A stretch of DNA of 64,000 bases from Lama glama (Eukaryota), in the NCBI GenBank assembly GCA_028534125.1, contig CM052818.1, positions 47,494,001 through 47,558,000 on the forward strand, given 5' to 3'. Shown here piece after piece: positions 25,100 through 37,129 of the stretch. The notes under the pieces were generated by a model that searched no databases, was not told the DNA's origin, and saw nothing but the letters and a program-made list of their open reading frames with translations. The translations under genes and the position numbers were made by a program. Within the stretch, counting starts at the first letter, position 1. Each line of letters starts with the position of its first letter.

Positions 25100-27330
25100 T
25101 CTGGCTTCCCGTTCTCCTGTAAGAACCTTAGAGGCCACCACTTGGCTGTAACAAGTCAGAGGCTGAACAAACTGAAAGCTTAACAATTCTTTGTAAATTT
25201 GTGAGGGAATTGAAGCCACAGGGTAAACTGCTGCCCCTCACTATGATAGAGACTGAGAGGCAAATACAGAGAACCCCAGCCCACCAGAGCAGACACTGAG
25301 GAGCAGATGTCTCTGCAGGGGCCGGTGTCATGGTAGGAAAACCTAAACTGTGCTTGACAAGTTGCCGGAGGCTCAGGGTGGGCAAGTCTGACAGATGAAG
25401 ACTCCAGCGGGACCAGGCATCGAGGGGCCCCTGCACGCCTGTGAGTTCTACCTCCAGGAGCTCCACCGGGTTCTCACTGTGCGTACCGGAGGGAAATCCC
25501 CTCATGCTCGTAGGCTCGCGGAGGGGAAAATAATTATTTTGGGATACGATGTGCCAGAGCATTCTGTTCCTTTTCACAAAATCTGCCCTCAGAAGAAATT
25601 GTTTAACCAGAGACTAACCTGCTGGTTTTATCAAAGTCTACACCTGAAGGAAGGGGAAGTCCCAATTTCAGCCTCCTCTAGCCTTTCACTTGGGAAAGGA
25701 ACACATCCGACTTCAGCCTGCTCTAACCATCGTGTCCCATCTTAAAGGGCGGCGGGGGGNNNNNNNNNNNNNNNNNNNNNNNNNNNNNNNNNNNNNNNNN
25801 NNNNNNNNNNNNNNNNNNNNNNNNNNNNNNNNNNNNNNNNNNNNNNNNNNNNNNNNNNNCAGAAAAAAAAAACACAGTTTGAAAAGGCAGAGCAAGTATG
25901 AGAACCAGACTCAGACATAGCAGGGATACTGAAATTATTAGACAGGACATTTAAAACAAATTGTGATCAATATGCTAGTGCCTCCAATGGATGAAGAAGA
26001 CAGCATGTGAGAACAGATGGACAACGTAGGCAGAGAGGTAAAAATTCTAAGAAGGGATCAAACAGAAATGTCAAAAATCAAGATACCATAGCAGATGTGA
26101 AAAATGACTTTGATGAGCTTATTAGTAGACTGGACATGGCTCAGAAAAGTATCTCTGTGCTTGGGGATCTCTCAAAACTGAAAAGCAAAGAGAAAAAAAC
26201 AAATGAAAAGATGAGCCACAGATTAGAAAAAAATGTGTTTACAAAAAACACATATGATAAAGAACTCATACAAAATATACAAGGAACTGCTAAAACTCAG
26301 CAATAAGAAAACAAACAACCTAATTTTAAAATATACCAAAGACCTAAACAGACAGTTTATCAAAGAAGAAATACACAAAGAAGAAAAAATGTTCCACATT
26401 ATATGTCATCAGGGACATGCAAATTAAAACAAAAAATGAGATACTACTATATACCTATTAGAACGGCCAAAATCTAGAACACTGACAACACCAGTGTTGG
26501 TGAGGATGTGGAACAACAGGGATGCTCATTCACTGCTGGGGTATGCAAAATGGTACAGCTCCTTTGGAAGACTGGCTGTTTCTTATAAAACTAAACGTGC
26601 TCTTACCACATGATTCAGCAGTCATGCCCTTTGGTCCTCATCCAACTGAGCTGACAACTTAGGTCCACACGGAATCCTATGCATGACTTTTCAAAGCAGC
26701 TTTATTCATAATTGCCCAACCTTGGAAGCAACCAATATGTCATTCAGTAGGTGAATGGATAAATAGACTGTGGTACATCCAGACAGTGGGGTTATTTTTC
26801 AGCACTGAACAGAAATGAGCTATCAAGTCATGAAAAGACATAGAGGGGCCTTAAATGCATATTTCTAAGTGAAAAAGCCACTCTGAAAGGCTATATGCTA
26901 TATGGTTCCAACCATGTGACATTCTGGAAAAGGTGAAGCTAGAGAGACAATAAAAAGATCAGTGGTTTACTAAAGTTGGGGGAAGGGAAAGATAAATAGC
27001 CAGAGCACAGACAGTGAAACTGTTCTGTGTGATCCTGTAATGGTGGCTTTATGTCATTATACATTTGTCCAAACCCATAGAATATACAACACTAAGCATG
27101 AATCTCAATATAAACTGCGGACTTTGGGTGACAATGACGTGTCAATGTAGTTTCATCAGCTGCAATGAATGTCCCACTCTGGTTGGGAAATGTTGACAGT
27201 GGGGGAGGTTGTGTATATACTGGGGCAGGAGATAGATGGGAAATTTCTGTATGTTCTGCTCAATTTAATTATGAACATAAACCTGTCCAAGAATAATAAT
27301 AAAGCCTATTCAGAAAAAAAAGGAAAAAAA
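25100..27330 (+). mobile_element. L1 LINE (L1MC1/2-like) with 5' region and ORF1 start fused to the ORF2 3' end
   Basis: ORF1 coiled-coil peptide DVKNDFDELISRLDMAQKSISVL, ORF2 peptide IYKELLKLSNKKTNNLI..TKDLNRQF, and 3' UTR tgtcattatacatttgtccaaacccatagaatatacaacac followed by an A-rich tail. Confidence 0.9.
25760..25859. other. Assembly gap (100 N)
   Basis: Run of 100 N after a G run inside the L1. Confidence 0.99.
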
Positions 27331-27650
27331 AGGGTGGACCAGTAGAAGGAAACTGAAGGCAGCTGTAATTGGATGGGCATGAGATAATGCATGGGCACGA
27401 GATTACAGAGGCCCTAAAACTGGTGAAGCTGGTCATGGGGATGGAGAGGACAGAGCTAGGAGGTACGTCTGAAATAGACAGACAGGATTTAGACACGGAC
27501 TATGGAGCACGGGATGTGGAAATGAGGATGATTCCTGAGACTCTGGAACTCCTGCCTGGAAGCCTGAGAAGTGTTAACCAGCACCGTCTCAGAGGGGCAA
27601 TATGAACAGGGAGCAGGACTGGGCCTTTTGAGGAAGACAGTATAACATCA
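27330..27650 (-). mobile_element. L2 fragment
   Basis: ggggatggagagg...aatagacagacaggattt...gaggatgattcctgagactctgg is antisense L2. Confidence 0.55.
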
Positions 27651-28386
27651 AAGTTCTGCAAGCTCTTCATCGTGCTGGTGAGTGTGCTGATGTTTTCAAG
27701 TGCATTAACTTATTTAATTTTCAGTTGAACTTGGCACATTAAGCATGCCGATGTACATATTTTAGAAAAAGAAATATGGTTAGTATAAGGTTAAATAACT
27801 TCAAAAAAGCTGCCCTGTGCTTTCTCAGCACACTTCAATATCAGCCCATAGGCTGGAAGTCACCATTTGAAAGTTCTTGTTTTTAGCTGTTGATTTATCT
27901 TTTACTGGGGGGAAAGTCTTTCTCTTCTGTTCCAAAATCTGGGAAAACTGACTCTGTCCACAGAGGGACTAAAGTGTTGATAAGTGCCCTGGAATCAAAT
28001 GTGTGATTCATTCCTTGTGTGACAGGGGTGCCGTGTAAGGGAGAGCTGCTCACTGGCCACTGGGTCTGCCTGAATAAGTGGTGCTACCAGTGGCACAGCA
28101 AAACCTCTTCCTAGTCCCCCTGGAAGAATATAGAGTCCAAACAATCAGTGTGATCATCTCTCAGCATGAGCATCACACCAGATTAGAAGCAAAATGGATG
28201 CAAACTGGGGAAAGGACAGAGAAAGAAGGAGAAGGAGAAAGAGAGCAGTGATGTGGGAGTCAGAAGCGTGCTGAAAGTGCAAACGGAGCAAATTCCAGAC
28301 CTCTCTGAGCTTCTGCTGTATCACCTGTCAAATGCTGCTCGCGATCCACGTGGGAAACTGTAGCAGTAACGCATGCTGGGGCCATA

Positions 28387-28509
28387 CATCACCATCACCA
28401 CCACCACCATCATCACCACTACAATCATCATCACCACTACAACCACCACCACGTCAGCATCATCACCATCACCATCACTATCACCACCACCATCACCAAC
28501 ATCATCACC
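28387..28509. repeat. Imperfect (CAC/CAT)n trinucleotide microsatellite
   Basis: catcaccatcaccaccaccaccatcatcacc... over ~120 bp. Confidence 0.95.
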
Positions 28510-30019
28510 GTGCTGACAGGGGTCACAGCTGTTATAATCCAACTCAAGACCCAGAATTTTGCCTCTGCCTTTCCCTTCACCTTTTCTTCAATCCTTAACT
28601 GCTCTCAATTAAGGTAAAAAAGTGCCGGAAAGGCTTTCATGACTCAAACAATTTAAAGCCCTCCTGCCCAGCAGTGGAGAACCATTGGGCGAGGCATTGC
28701 ATTGTTAATTGTCAAATGCCAGTGGTGTAGGGGGAAAGACATCACCTCACTTAGGGTAGCAGTGGCCATGACAAGTCAGTCTCACTTTAAAAAGTAACAA
28801 CTTCAAGCTGATTTTCTTTCCATAAGCAGCAGAGAGCAAGCTGGTGAGATGCCCTCAGCCATGTTTTCAGGAACAGTGGAGAGCAGGTTCCTTTCTCTGC
28901 AGTAAAAATGCAGCCAAAAAGTGGGGAAAACAAAAGCAATACGGAATCTCTAGTTCTATAATTAAAAACAGATCAATCCCCAAACACTGATGAGAATTTT
29001 GTCTTTGCTTGAACACGAGTTATGAGCAAATGAAGAACGCATTAAAACAGAAATGCTCGGATATTTGCTTGGCAGGAGCTGGATGGGCAATGACTGTTCA
29101 TAGTTACCATTTGACAAACGCCATGCTGATTGGGCCTGGTGAACTCATGACTGCTTTGTATGCTACGGTAATTTCACATCACATTATGGGGTGGAAAATA
29201 CCAGCCTGTCTCTCAGCTCTATTGTCCTCAAGCGTCCTTCTCCTGTAGCTTCCTGCTAGTCTGCAGTGAGGGGGACTTTCAAAAATACTCACAGCTTTCT
29301 ATCCTGGTACCAGGGAATCTGGGATTTGGAGAATGAACTTTCTGGGGGTACCCAGCCTCTGGGATGACTGTACTGAGAATGCATCTCCTGATGAGTAATC
29401 CCCAGGGGATGCTGGGCTAAAGAGTCCAGCATTTGAATATTGTGTCTGAAGTTTACAAAGACATCTGAAGAACTCAATGAAAAATCCAGGAGGGGCTCTC
29501 TTGACAGTGATGCAGTTCCAACTTTTGGTACCAGATTGCCCAGCAAACAGGAAAGGACGAACAGAAGGTACCCAAACCAGCTGAACTTTGTTTATGAGGA
29601 AAATCAGTTTGATTCATCTTTGTTCTTAATAATTCACATTTACAGTAATCATAATAACATATATTTAGTCATATGTAACTTGAAAATCTTTTACCTACAC
29701 TATATCAAATAGAAATGCTTATCACTTCATTTGATATAAAAATACCTACACTGAGAATGTCTTACATTTAGTGAACTAATCAAGGATTGGCCTCTTCACT
29801 GACGGGCACTGTGGGTCTTCTACTGAGCGCAGTTTATAGGCAACGCGTGCTGGACAGAGCGTTCAAGGATTCTATAATCATGCACTTCCTGTTTGTAGAT
29901 GTGATGATTTGGGTGGGTCATGACCCCAGTGTCTCTGGGACTCAGTTTCCTCACTGTTGGAACAAAGGGGCTGAGAATGACCCAACGGGTCTGCCACGTG
30001 GGGAGCCTAAGCCTCAGCC

Positions 30020-30335
30020 TCAGCCAAGCGCGTGGCTCCGTTAGCAGAAGCCACTGCAAGCCGCCGGGGCGTCCGCCGCCCGTGGTGGCCCGAGCCCTGG
30101 GGGGAGCGAGTGCAAAGGCATTTATGCCCCGCGGCTGCCGGCGGCAGGGTGTCCACATGCTCGGTGGTTAGTCTAGCGGCGCGCCCTGGAGCTGGTCGGG
30201 CCCTCCTCTCCCTGAGCCTTCCTTTCCCATCTGCCCGGTGAAGATAAGAGCCCGCGGCCGCGCGGCACGCGCCGTCAGGGAGATAATGTGTGTAAATCCG
30301 GGGCGCAGGGGCCGGCCCCCAGCGCAGGCTCAGAG
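30020..30335. promoter_or_regulatory. Small CpG island (orphan CGI; enhancer or promoter candidate)
   Basis: About 33 CpG by hand count in ~310 bp. Contains GCGGCCGC and GGCGCGCC and two AGATAA GATA motifs (~30242, ~30281). Confidence 0.7.
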
Positions 30336-32031
30336 AATGGAAATTCCTCCATTCAGGGTCCCAGGGGGCAGCAAGCAAGAAAATGTAACAATAAAGAAGA
30401 AGAAGGGGGAAAAAAAAAGGAAAGATAGATTGCCATTCTTTAAATAAAATCAGGGAGCGAGGTGTGAGAGAAATGGAGAAATGCAGCGAGCATGAGAGGA
30501 GTAGCTTCAGGCACTTGGAATAGTGCTGAAAGATTCTCATAAGTAAAAGCTTCTTTTAAAATATTGGATTTCCTCCATATGGGGAGCTTGGGGAGAGAAG
30601 AGAAAAAAATTAAATTAAAGCGTTTGAAAGTATATTATAGTTTTATCTCTTTGGCGCTGCGATTTCAGAAATAATATAATCCTGTGGAAAACAGGCTGCC
30701 AGGAGATTTTGTATAGTGGCACCCCGACAGAACGGGACTGAATGATGTCAAAAAAGCTTATATAACAGTTTTGTTTTATTCATTTACATAAATCACATTT
30801 ACCGTAGGTGTTTTATTCAAAATAAAGTTTGGGAAAAATAAATTGAACAGATGAACCTAGGCAAACCTGGTGATTTTTTCATGAGCAGTGTTTGATGATA
30901 AAGGCATAAAAGCATAATGTGGTATCATTGCACCAAGGCACAATATGGATCACCCATATGGAGCAGAAGTCGATAATACTGCAAAGAAGCAAAAATAAAC
31001 GGAACAGATGTGCTTGTAAAATCAAGTCTGCACCCGCCCCTGAGTACCTGCCTTGCACTGAGAAGTTTCTGTGGAAACTCAGAGCTGGCATCCAGGCACC
31101 TTCCCACGGGGACTTGGGAAGCCAGAGACGAAGTCTTACGTGACCCAGGAGATAGGCAGGTTCTGGAAGTGCGTGCTCCCTCAGAGGAGGCTGAAGTGGG
31201 ACGTGCGGCTCCGACAACTGAGCCCCTGACCGCCTCCCATGTCGGCGTCAGAGACACGGGTTCAAACCCAGTTCCTCTGTGACCAGATGAGCCCCTGGGA
31301 GATTCCTGTTTAGGGGCCCCTAAGCATTGGTTCCTCAGAGGTGACATCGCAGTGGCCTTAGCTACGTCCTAGGCATGCCATAAGGCGTAGCCAAGGAGAT
31401 ACAGGGAGGACAAAAGACGCAAAGCCGCAGAGCATCACCGAGGCAGAGTTCTGCTAAAAGTGGTTGTGTTCAGAGCCTTTTCTAAGGGACACGCCAGAGG
31501 ATGTGTGATCCGCAGGGGCCTCATTTTCATAAAGAGGTAAGACGTTTGGGAGCCTCAAGTTCACTGTTTGATAGAGATTCGACAGGGGATCGTCATGTGC
31601 CTGAGAGCACGCCAGCAGGGGTCCACTCAACTCCTGCCATCAGTACCTGCACAGGAGGCTGTCTGACCGCCAGGGCGCTGGGCTTCTCACCCACACTTCC
31701 CTCTGACCCAGCCAAACCCTGTGCGGCCCACACGGAAGGGGACGATCCCCATTCAGCATACGGGTAGACTGTGGCTCACAGAGCAGGGAGGTGGGACAGG
31801 AAGGACCAGACCCATCAGTGTCACGACACTGTGCCACCGCCACCCACACGATCACAGACGCTCTTACTGTAGGAAGAGATTTTATATCTTGTCAGCCATG
31901 AACTGTCGGGCTTATGTCTGAGGATGGAAGGACATGAGAACAAACTAGGTTCCCATACTTGGTGTTTGGCTGGGAGTTGATAAAGTCACGTTTGTGACGT
32001 ATAAAGCATGGAGCTCTTACAAACCGTAAAG

Positions 32032-32145
32032 TGCTCACATGCACAGAAAGTGTTACCACCGCTGTCCAGCAGGGCAATAGAAGCACATTGCTCACATGCA
32101 CATAAAGTGTTACCACCGCTGTCCAGCAGGGCAGTAGAAGCACAT
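32032..32145 (+). repeat. 57-bp tandem duplication
   Basis: 32032-32088 and 32089-32145 differ at only 2 positions. Confidence 0.97.
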
Positions 32146-33489
32146 CTAGCCTCAGCATCTCCCCTAGGACCGCAGGAGCATCCGAACTGTCCTCTGCCCT
32201 GGTCCACACACGAACTCCCGAGGCCTCGGCCTTGTCTTACCCGCCAGTCTTGCGAGTGAGTGCACTGCTTCATTTCAAGGCCCAGATTCTGCTCCGGGTA
32301 CCTGAGTGCTGCAAGGTCCCTTTGCATATTTTACGGAAGGTTGTTGAAAGTTTTTTCCCATGGAGAATCTTCGGCTGCGAATTTCAAGGAGAAGTCAGCA
32401 GATGTGCTTTCTGCAGCCCAGAAACACAGTTTAAAGAAGTGGGGGACCAGGGGAAGACGGGAAGCAGAAGGGAAATTCTCCCCTTTGCCCGTAGTAAATG
32501 TGCTCACGTGGCCAACAGCTGGAAGGCACCACGCACGGCCCCTGATATAATCAAGTGGCCACCCATCTGCTTGGTTCCCAAAGCAGCCAGGAAAAAATAG
32601 CGTCCCACGTCCCACGCACTCCAGCTGTCCTCGGCATCCAGCGCTACAGTGATTTTTTTTCTAAAAATAAAATGAAATAAAATCATCACTTTTCCAATGA
32701 AGAGAGCACTTGTTTAAGGAACAATGACACAAGGCAAGAGCCATTGTCCCAAAGCTACCTGTAGGTTTGGCGAAACAAGGACAGAAGTCACCCCTTCCTT
32801 TGAGCTGGGCGCTCTTTGCAAAGGGAGCTGTGAATTCTGCCAGTGTCGGAATCCTTGCTGGGTAAAAGCACACCTGGAGGAAGGGAGTGACATCCGAGAC
32901 CTGCTGGGCCACCGTGCCTCAGTACTGAGCACCGTTGGCCCCTGGGAATTAGCACCTCCTGGGCCACGCTTCAGACTTCGTGATTTCTAATCAGATCCCT
33001 AGAGCACCCCTCTGTAGAATGTGGACATATGTCAATATTCAAGAATAGAACTGGCAGATATTTGCAGACATGCAGCCTTTGGCTTTGCCAGCATCAACTT
33101 CAGTCAGATTCTCTGTCAGGGAAACACACAGCAAAGCAAACACTTCTCTGTGGACTTGAAGTTTTAGAGCCAGAATTCCAAAAGAGAGTCTGCCGGTAAG
33201 AGGAGGAAGGAGTCTGACCCCCCATCGTGGCAAGAAGAGCCTGCCGCCCTGCGCCCCGTGCCTCCCGCCACCTCACAGCCCCGGCACTGCCCACGGGGCG
33301 GTGCTCCCACTGGAGACAAACAGACCCCGCCGTTCTTCGGGTCTGCCAGTCGCCCCCGCCTTCAGACTCTGCAGCTCTTTGCACCCGCCTCTCCCGGCAC
33401 CTGTTAGGTCGCACTGCAGTGCCATGAAATACGCTGTCTCCTCAACTTCACTAGATCCCCTATTTTTAAAATTTATTTAAGAAACCTTT

Positions 33490-33700
33490 ATATCGCATTG
33501 ATGGTGTGCCAGTCACTCTTCAAAGTGGTTTACATGAATTCACTCCTTTCGCCCTCCTCATAGCCCTAGGATTTAGTGAGGGTTGCTGTGGCCATTCCAG
33601 GTGTGGAAACTGAGCCACACAGAGTGAACCCCCCCATGCCACAACTGTGCAGCAAACCGGTGGCAGAACCGGGACCCAACCTCAGCCAGCCCTGCTCCAA
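33490..33700 (-). mobile_element. MIR SINE
   Basis: gtgtgccagtcactcttcaaagtggtttacatg...cctcatagccctagg...gtggaaactgagccacacagag. Confidence 0.7.
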
Positions 33701-35299
33701 CCTCAGGCGGTACCCTCCACCATCCTGAGAGCATCTTGAGGGCAGGGGGATCAGCTCACGTCTTTCCCTTTACCCATCATCTATCCCTTGCCAGTTCATG
33801 CATTCTTATTGATCAAATCCTGATGGCGATGGTACCGTTTCAGAGATCCACGTGCAAGTCCTTGATGATGCAGAGGCCCATGTTTGCAAAGGAGTTCACT
33901 TTGAGGGCGGCTCCAGAAAGGACACTTTATGCCAATCTGTAACTCCAGCAAAGTGAAAAATGGCACCAAACACCGTGCAACACGTGAGGCAGACATTATT
34001 AAACCTGTTTTACAAGTGAACAAACTGAGTTCAGAGAATTTAGAGTCATACGAATTGGACTTGTCACAGAATCAGATAACTGAGTGACTGCACAAGTTGT
34101 ATTTCGGGGAAAGAACACGTCACATGGAATTTCCTGGTTCAAGAGGAAACAAAAGCATTCTGTGTTTAATTCTTGACTTGGAGGACCTGAACATGTGCAA
34201 GAATCTCTGTCCAGAAATCCCCAAATAGGAGAAAACTCCAAAGAACAAAGCAGAGGCAAACCATAAATTTAAGGATGGGTGAACGAGTGGCTTTGTGGTT
34301 TGTCGGGTTTAGCTAGGAGCCGCTGTTCTGTATAATTTCAATACTTCGGAAGACTTAAGTTTCTGGCATTCTGTAAAAATAGCCAAATAAATAGGACACT
34401 TACTATCATGGCGATAACTGTTGTCCTTCACGTCTAACTAGCCCTCAGTTTGTGCTCTCCCGCGCACGTTGCCCTGGTGGGACAGGTGCAGCCATCCTGC
34501 CAGGCAAGCCTGAGCACCGCCTTGGACTCTCACTGTGCCCCAAATCCCCCGGGCCAACGGGGGGCCGTGCACACAGTGGGGGTGGTCAGTTACTCTCCAG
34601 AAAGCCATCACCCCAGTTAAAATACTGATTTCGTCCTAAATATTCCAGTTCCCTGAATGAGGGGAATGGAAAAGCTTAGTACGTGGGAAAAAGCATTTTC
34701 TGCAGGGCTCCCTTCTGGGAGGGTTGACCACAGCAGTGCGGAGGAAGGGCCGGGTCACGCCTGCCTGCGGACAGCTGATCCCCGGGGATCTTTTGGGAAC
34801 GTGTATCCCGTGTTCAGCACAGGAAAGGAGGAGATCTGGGGAGAGTCCTTGGTATCCACACCCTTGTGCTCTGCTCTACACCAGTCCCAGGACAGAGGGT
34901 GGAGCTGGCCCCCCCTCCGCTGGTGCCCTCAGGGAAGGCTGGCCTGTCTTCTGTTATCACCTCTCCCTCTGTCTCTGTCTCCCTGTCTCTGTCTCTCTCT
35001 GTGTCTCTCTGTGACACTCCCTTTTCAATGTATCTTGGGACATTATGTCAAGGATTTAAGGATGACTTCAGAGGCCTGTGTTCATCTAAAAGTCTCCTAT
35101 AACATTTACAGACCCAATATTTTGTCACTCTGTGATTTTATTTTTCCTTTGCAAGTATCTTAACAAACATCTAAATCTAAAATTACTCAAATCTCAATGA
35201 TCAAGAGACTGCTAAAAAAAATGAACCTCCACCATGAGCATTAAAAACCAGCTCCTTTAAGAATATTGAAGAGTAAATGAATGTTTTACCAAATACTTG

Positions 35300-35575
35300 T
35301 CAGGATGAGTCTTATTTCTTCTTTTACTTATTAATCCGGAAGAGGGGGTGTGCCGTGTCATTTCCAAGTTTGCAGACAATGCTAAAAATGCTATTGAACA
35401 GAAAGACGTCAAGCTGACAGGCAGAGACGGCAGCAAAAAGATTCCTCGGGCTGGCGGAGTGGGCGGGAAGTGGCAGATGCGCTTGGTGTGGGCAAGTGTG
35501 AGGAGAGGCTGCCGGAGGGCCGCTTATAACATGACTGCCTCCCGGGAGCCGAGGCCTGCCCTGGGGAGGGCGTCT
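35300..35575 (+). mobile_element. Ancient CR1-clade LINE (L3/L3b/CR1_Mam-like) reverse-transcriptase fragment
   Basis: Reads G*VLFLLLLINPEEGVCRVISKFADNAK and, with frameshifts, LAEWA-KWQMR--VGKCE. This is collinear with CR1 RT GPVLFNIFINDLEEGV...ISKFADDTK...L.EWAEKWQM.F.VGKCK. Confidence 0.8.
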
Positions 35576-36649
35576 GCCGTCTTCAGTGTCGGTAGCCCAT
35601 ATAATAATGTGCTGTAATTCACAAACAAGCTCTGTGTGCGTGTGAATGTGCGTGTGCGTGTGTGCGTGTGTATATCCACATGCATTGTCATCCCCCAGAA
35701 ATGTCCATGTACGTTCTATGGGAATCAGTTAGGTTAACAACTTGGCTATGTTTCATGGCTGTTAAATGAGGAAACAATGAGAGATTCTTCTTGACTCCAG
35801 CAACTCAGAGTCACCCCACAACCCAGGGAGGGTCGTGTTTCCTGTGCTGTTTTACACAAACATGCTGACTCACTCCTGCGCGGCATCAGAAATTCTTTAG
35901 GGAGCAAGCAGAGAGGGGCAGGATGTCACGGAGGGCAGGCCTTTGAAAGTCACGTTGCATTTTCCTGAAGACAGTTGTTGAAACTATTACACACTCTCAC
36001 GCGGTGTCCTTTTCACCGTTTTCGTTCTGTATACAGACTTGCTTCTCCTGGGTAGGAAAAAAGAGCACATTTTGCTTAATTTATTTCTATGGGTCTGAAA
36101 ATTGTACGATTGTTCTTTTTTCCTCTCTCTGTTAGTTTCAAGGAAGCAAAAGTCAATTTTGCAGCCCACGTGCAGCAAGTCCAGGAAGGCTTACAGAAAG
36201 AAAGGAAGATGTTTGTACTTCAATCAAAAATGTCTTTTAAAAAGGGGAGATGATTTACCGTTGTCTACATTAGTTGGTCTACTGTAGTTTGAAGCAAACG
36301 CACCATACGGTCGACTGCAAGTGCAGCAAGCCACGGGCACTTCTCTTCCAAGGACAGTGGTCACACGCAATCCAACACGCTGTGACACAGAACGCATCGT
36401 GCGGTTCAATCTGTCCCATCCTTAAACATTTTCTCTGAGGTTCCAGCCCTGCTCCTGTGCCCCCTCCGGGTGTGACCTGACTGGAGCTTCCTCGCTTCCA
36501 TCTGTAACCGTCTGTAGCATATGGTCCTTCCCACCTTGTAGCTTCGCCCACTCTCAGCTGACAGCCTGGCTCAGCCACACCAGAGGAGACGTCTGCGCAG
36601 GTCAGAGCAGCGAGAGATTCTTTGAGTTCCTCAAGTTGTCCCTGTAAAT

Positions 36650-36677
36650 TAAATCATGTGACATGATTTATGTGTCA
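36650..36677. promoter_or_regulatory. Perfect palindrome made of PBX-HOX-type and TGACA (MEIS/TGIF-type) motifs
   Basis: TAAATCATGT-G-ACATGATTTA (10-bp arms) followed by TGTGTCA. Confidence 0.45.
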
Positions 36678-37129
36678 TTGGCAGCCAGTTTAATTTCTTA
36701 AATAACGATTTGGCACAAACTGTGATATAATTCAAAGACGACGTTCGTCGTCCCTGGGAAACAGAGCTGAACAATTTGGGAGCAAATATTCATTTCTGTA
36801 CTAGGTGCAGACTAGCCGTTAGTTACAGCATCCATAGATCGTTACAAGAACCTCCCTGAACCTGGAGTGTGTTTGCTGGAGGGGGCATGCCACTCCAAAG
36901 CAGAGGTCTTTCAGGGAAATAATAAATTCAAGGTTACAACATCAGTGAACTTTTCTATAGCTTTCTCTCTATTTGACCATCCATCACTAACACTGCCCCA
37001 GTTAACATCAGGTAGTCAAAATGATTTTCCCAGTGAACTTTGTGTATGTTTATCCTTGACATTTCCTTACGGGAGTAAAGATAAGTTCTTTTACCAGAGG
37101 GCAACTCAATGTCCAGCACACTTTATATA

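Noticed and set aside
28332..28598. His/Pro-rich ORF with poly-H runs resembling a transcription-factor tract
   Set aside because: It is the translation of a (CAC/CAT)n microsatellite; there is no flanking domain or exon structure
32032..32145. CRISPR-like or array-like repeat
   Set aside because: Two abutting copies with no spacers, in mammalian DNA with no cas genes
33800..33960. Exon-like open frame (PDGDGTVSEIHVQVLDDAEAHV...)
   Set aside because: No convincing splice acceptor/donor pair or recognisable homology, and it sits between MIR fragments
35348..35617. A functional or domesticated reverse transcriptase gene
   Set aside because: Catalytic FADD is FADN, there is an upstream stop, and the downstream motifs need frameshifts; kept only as a fossil
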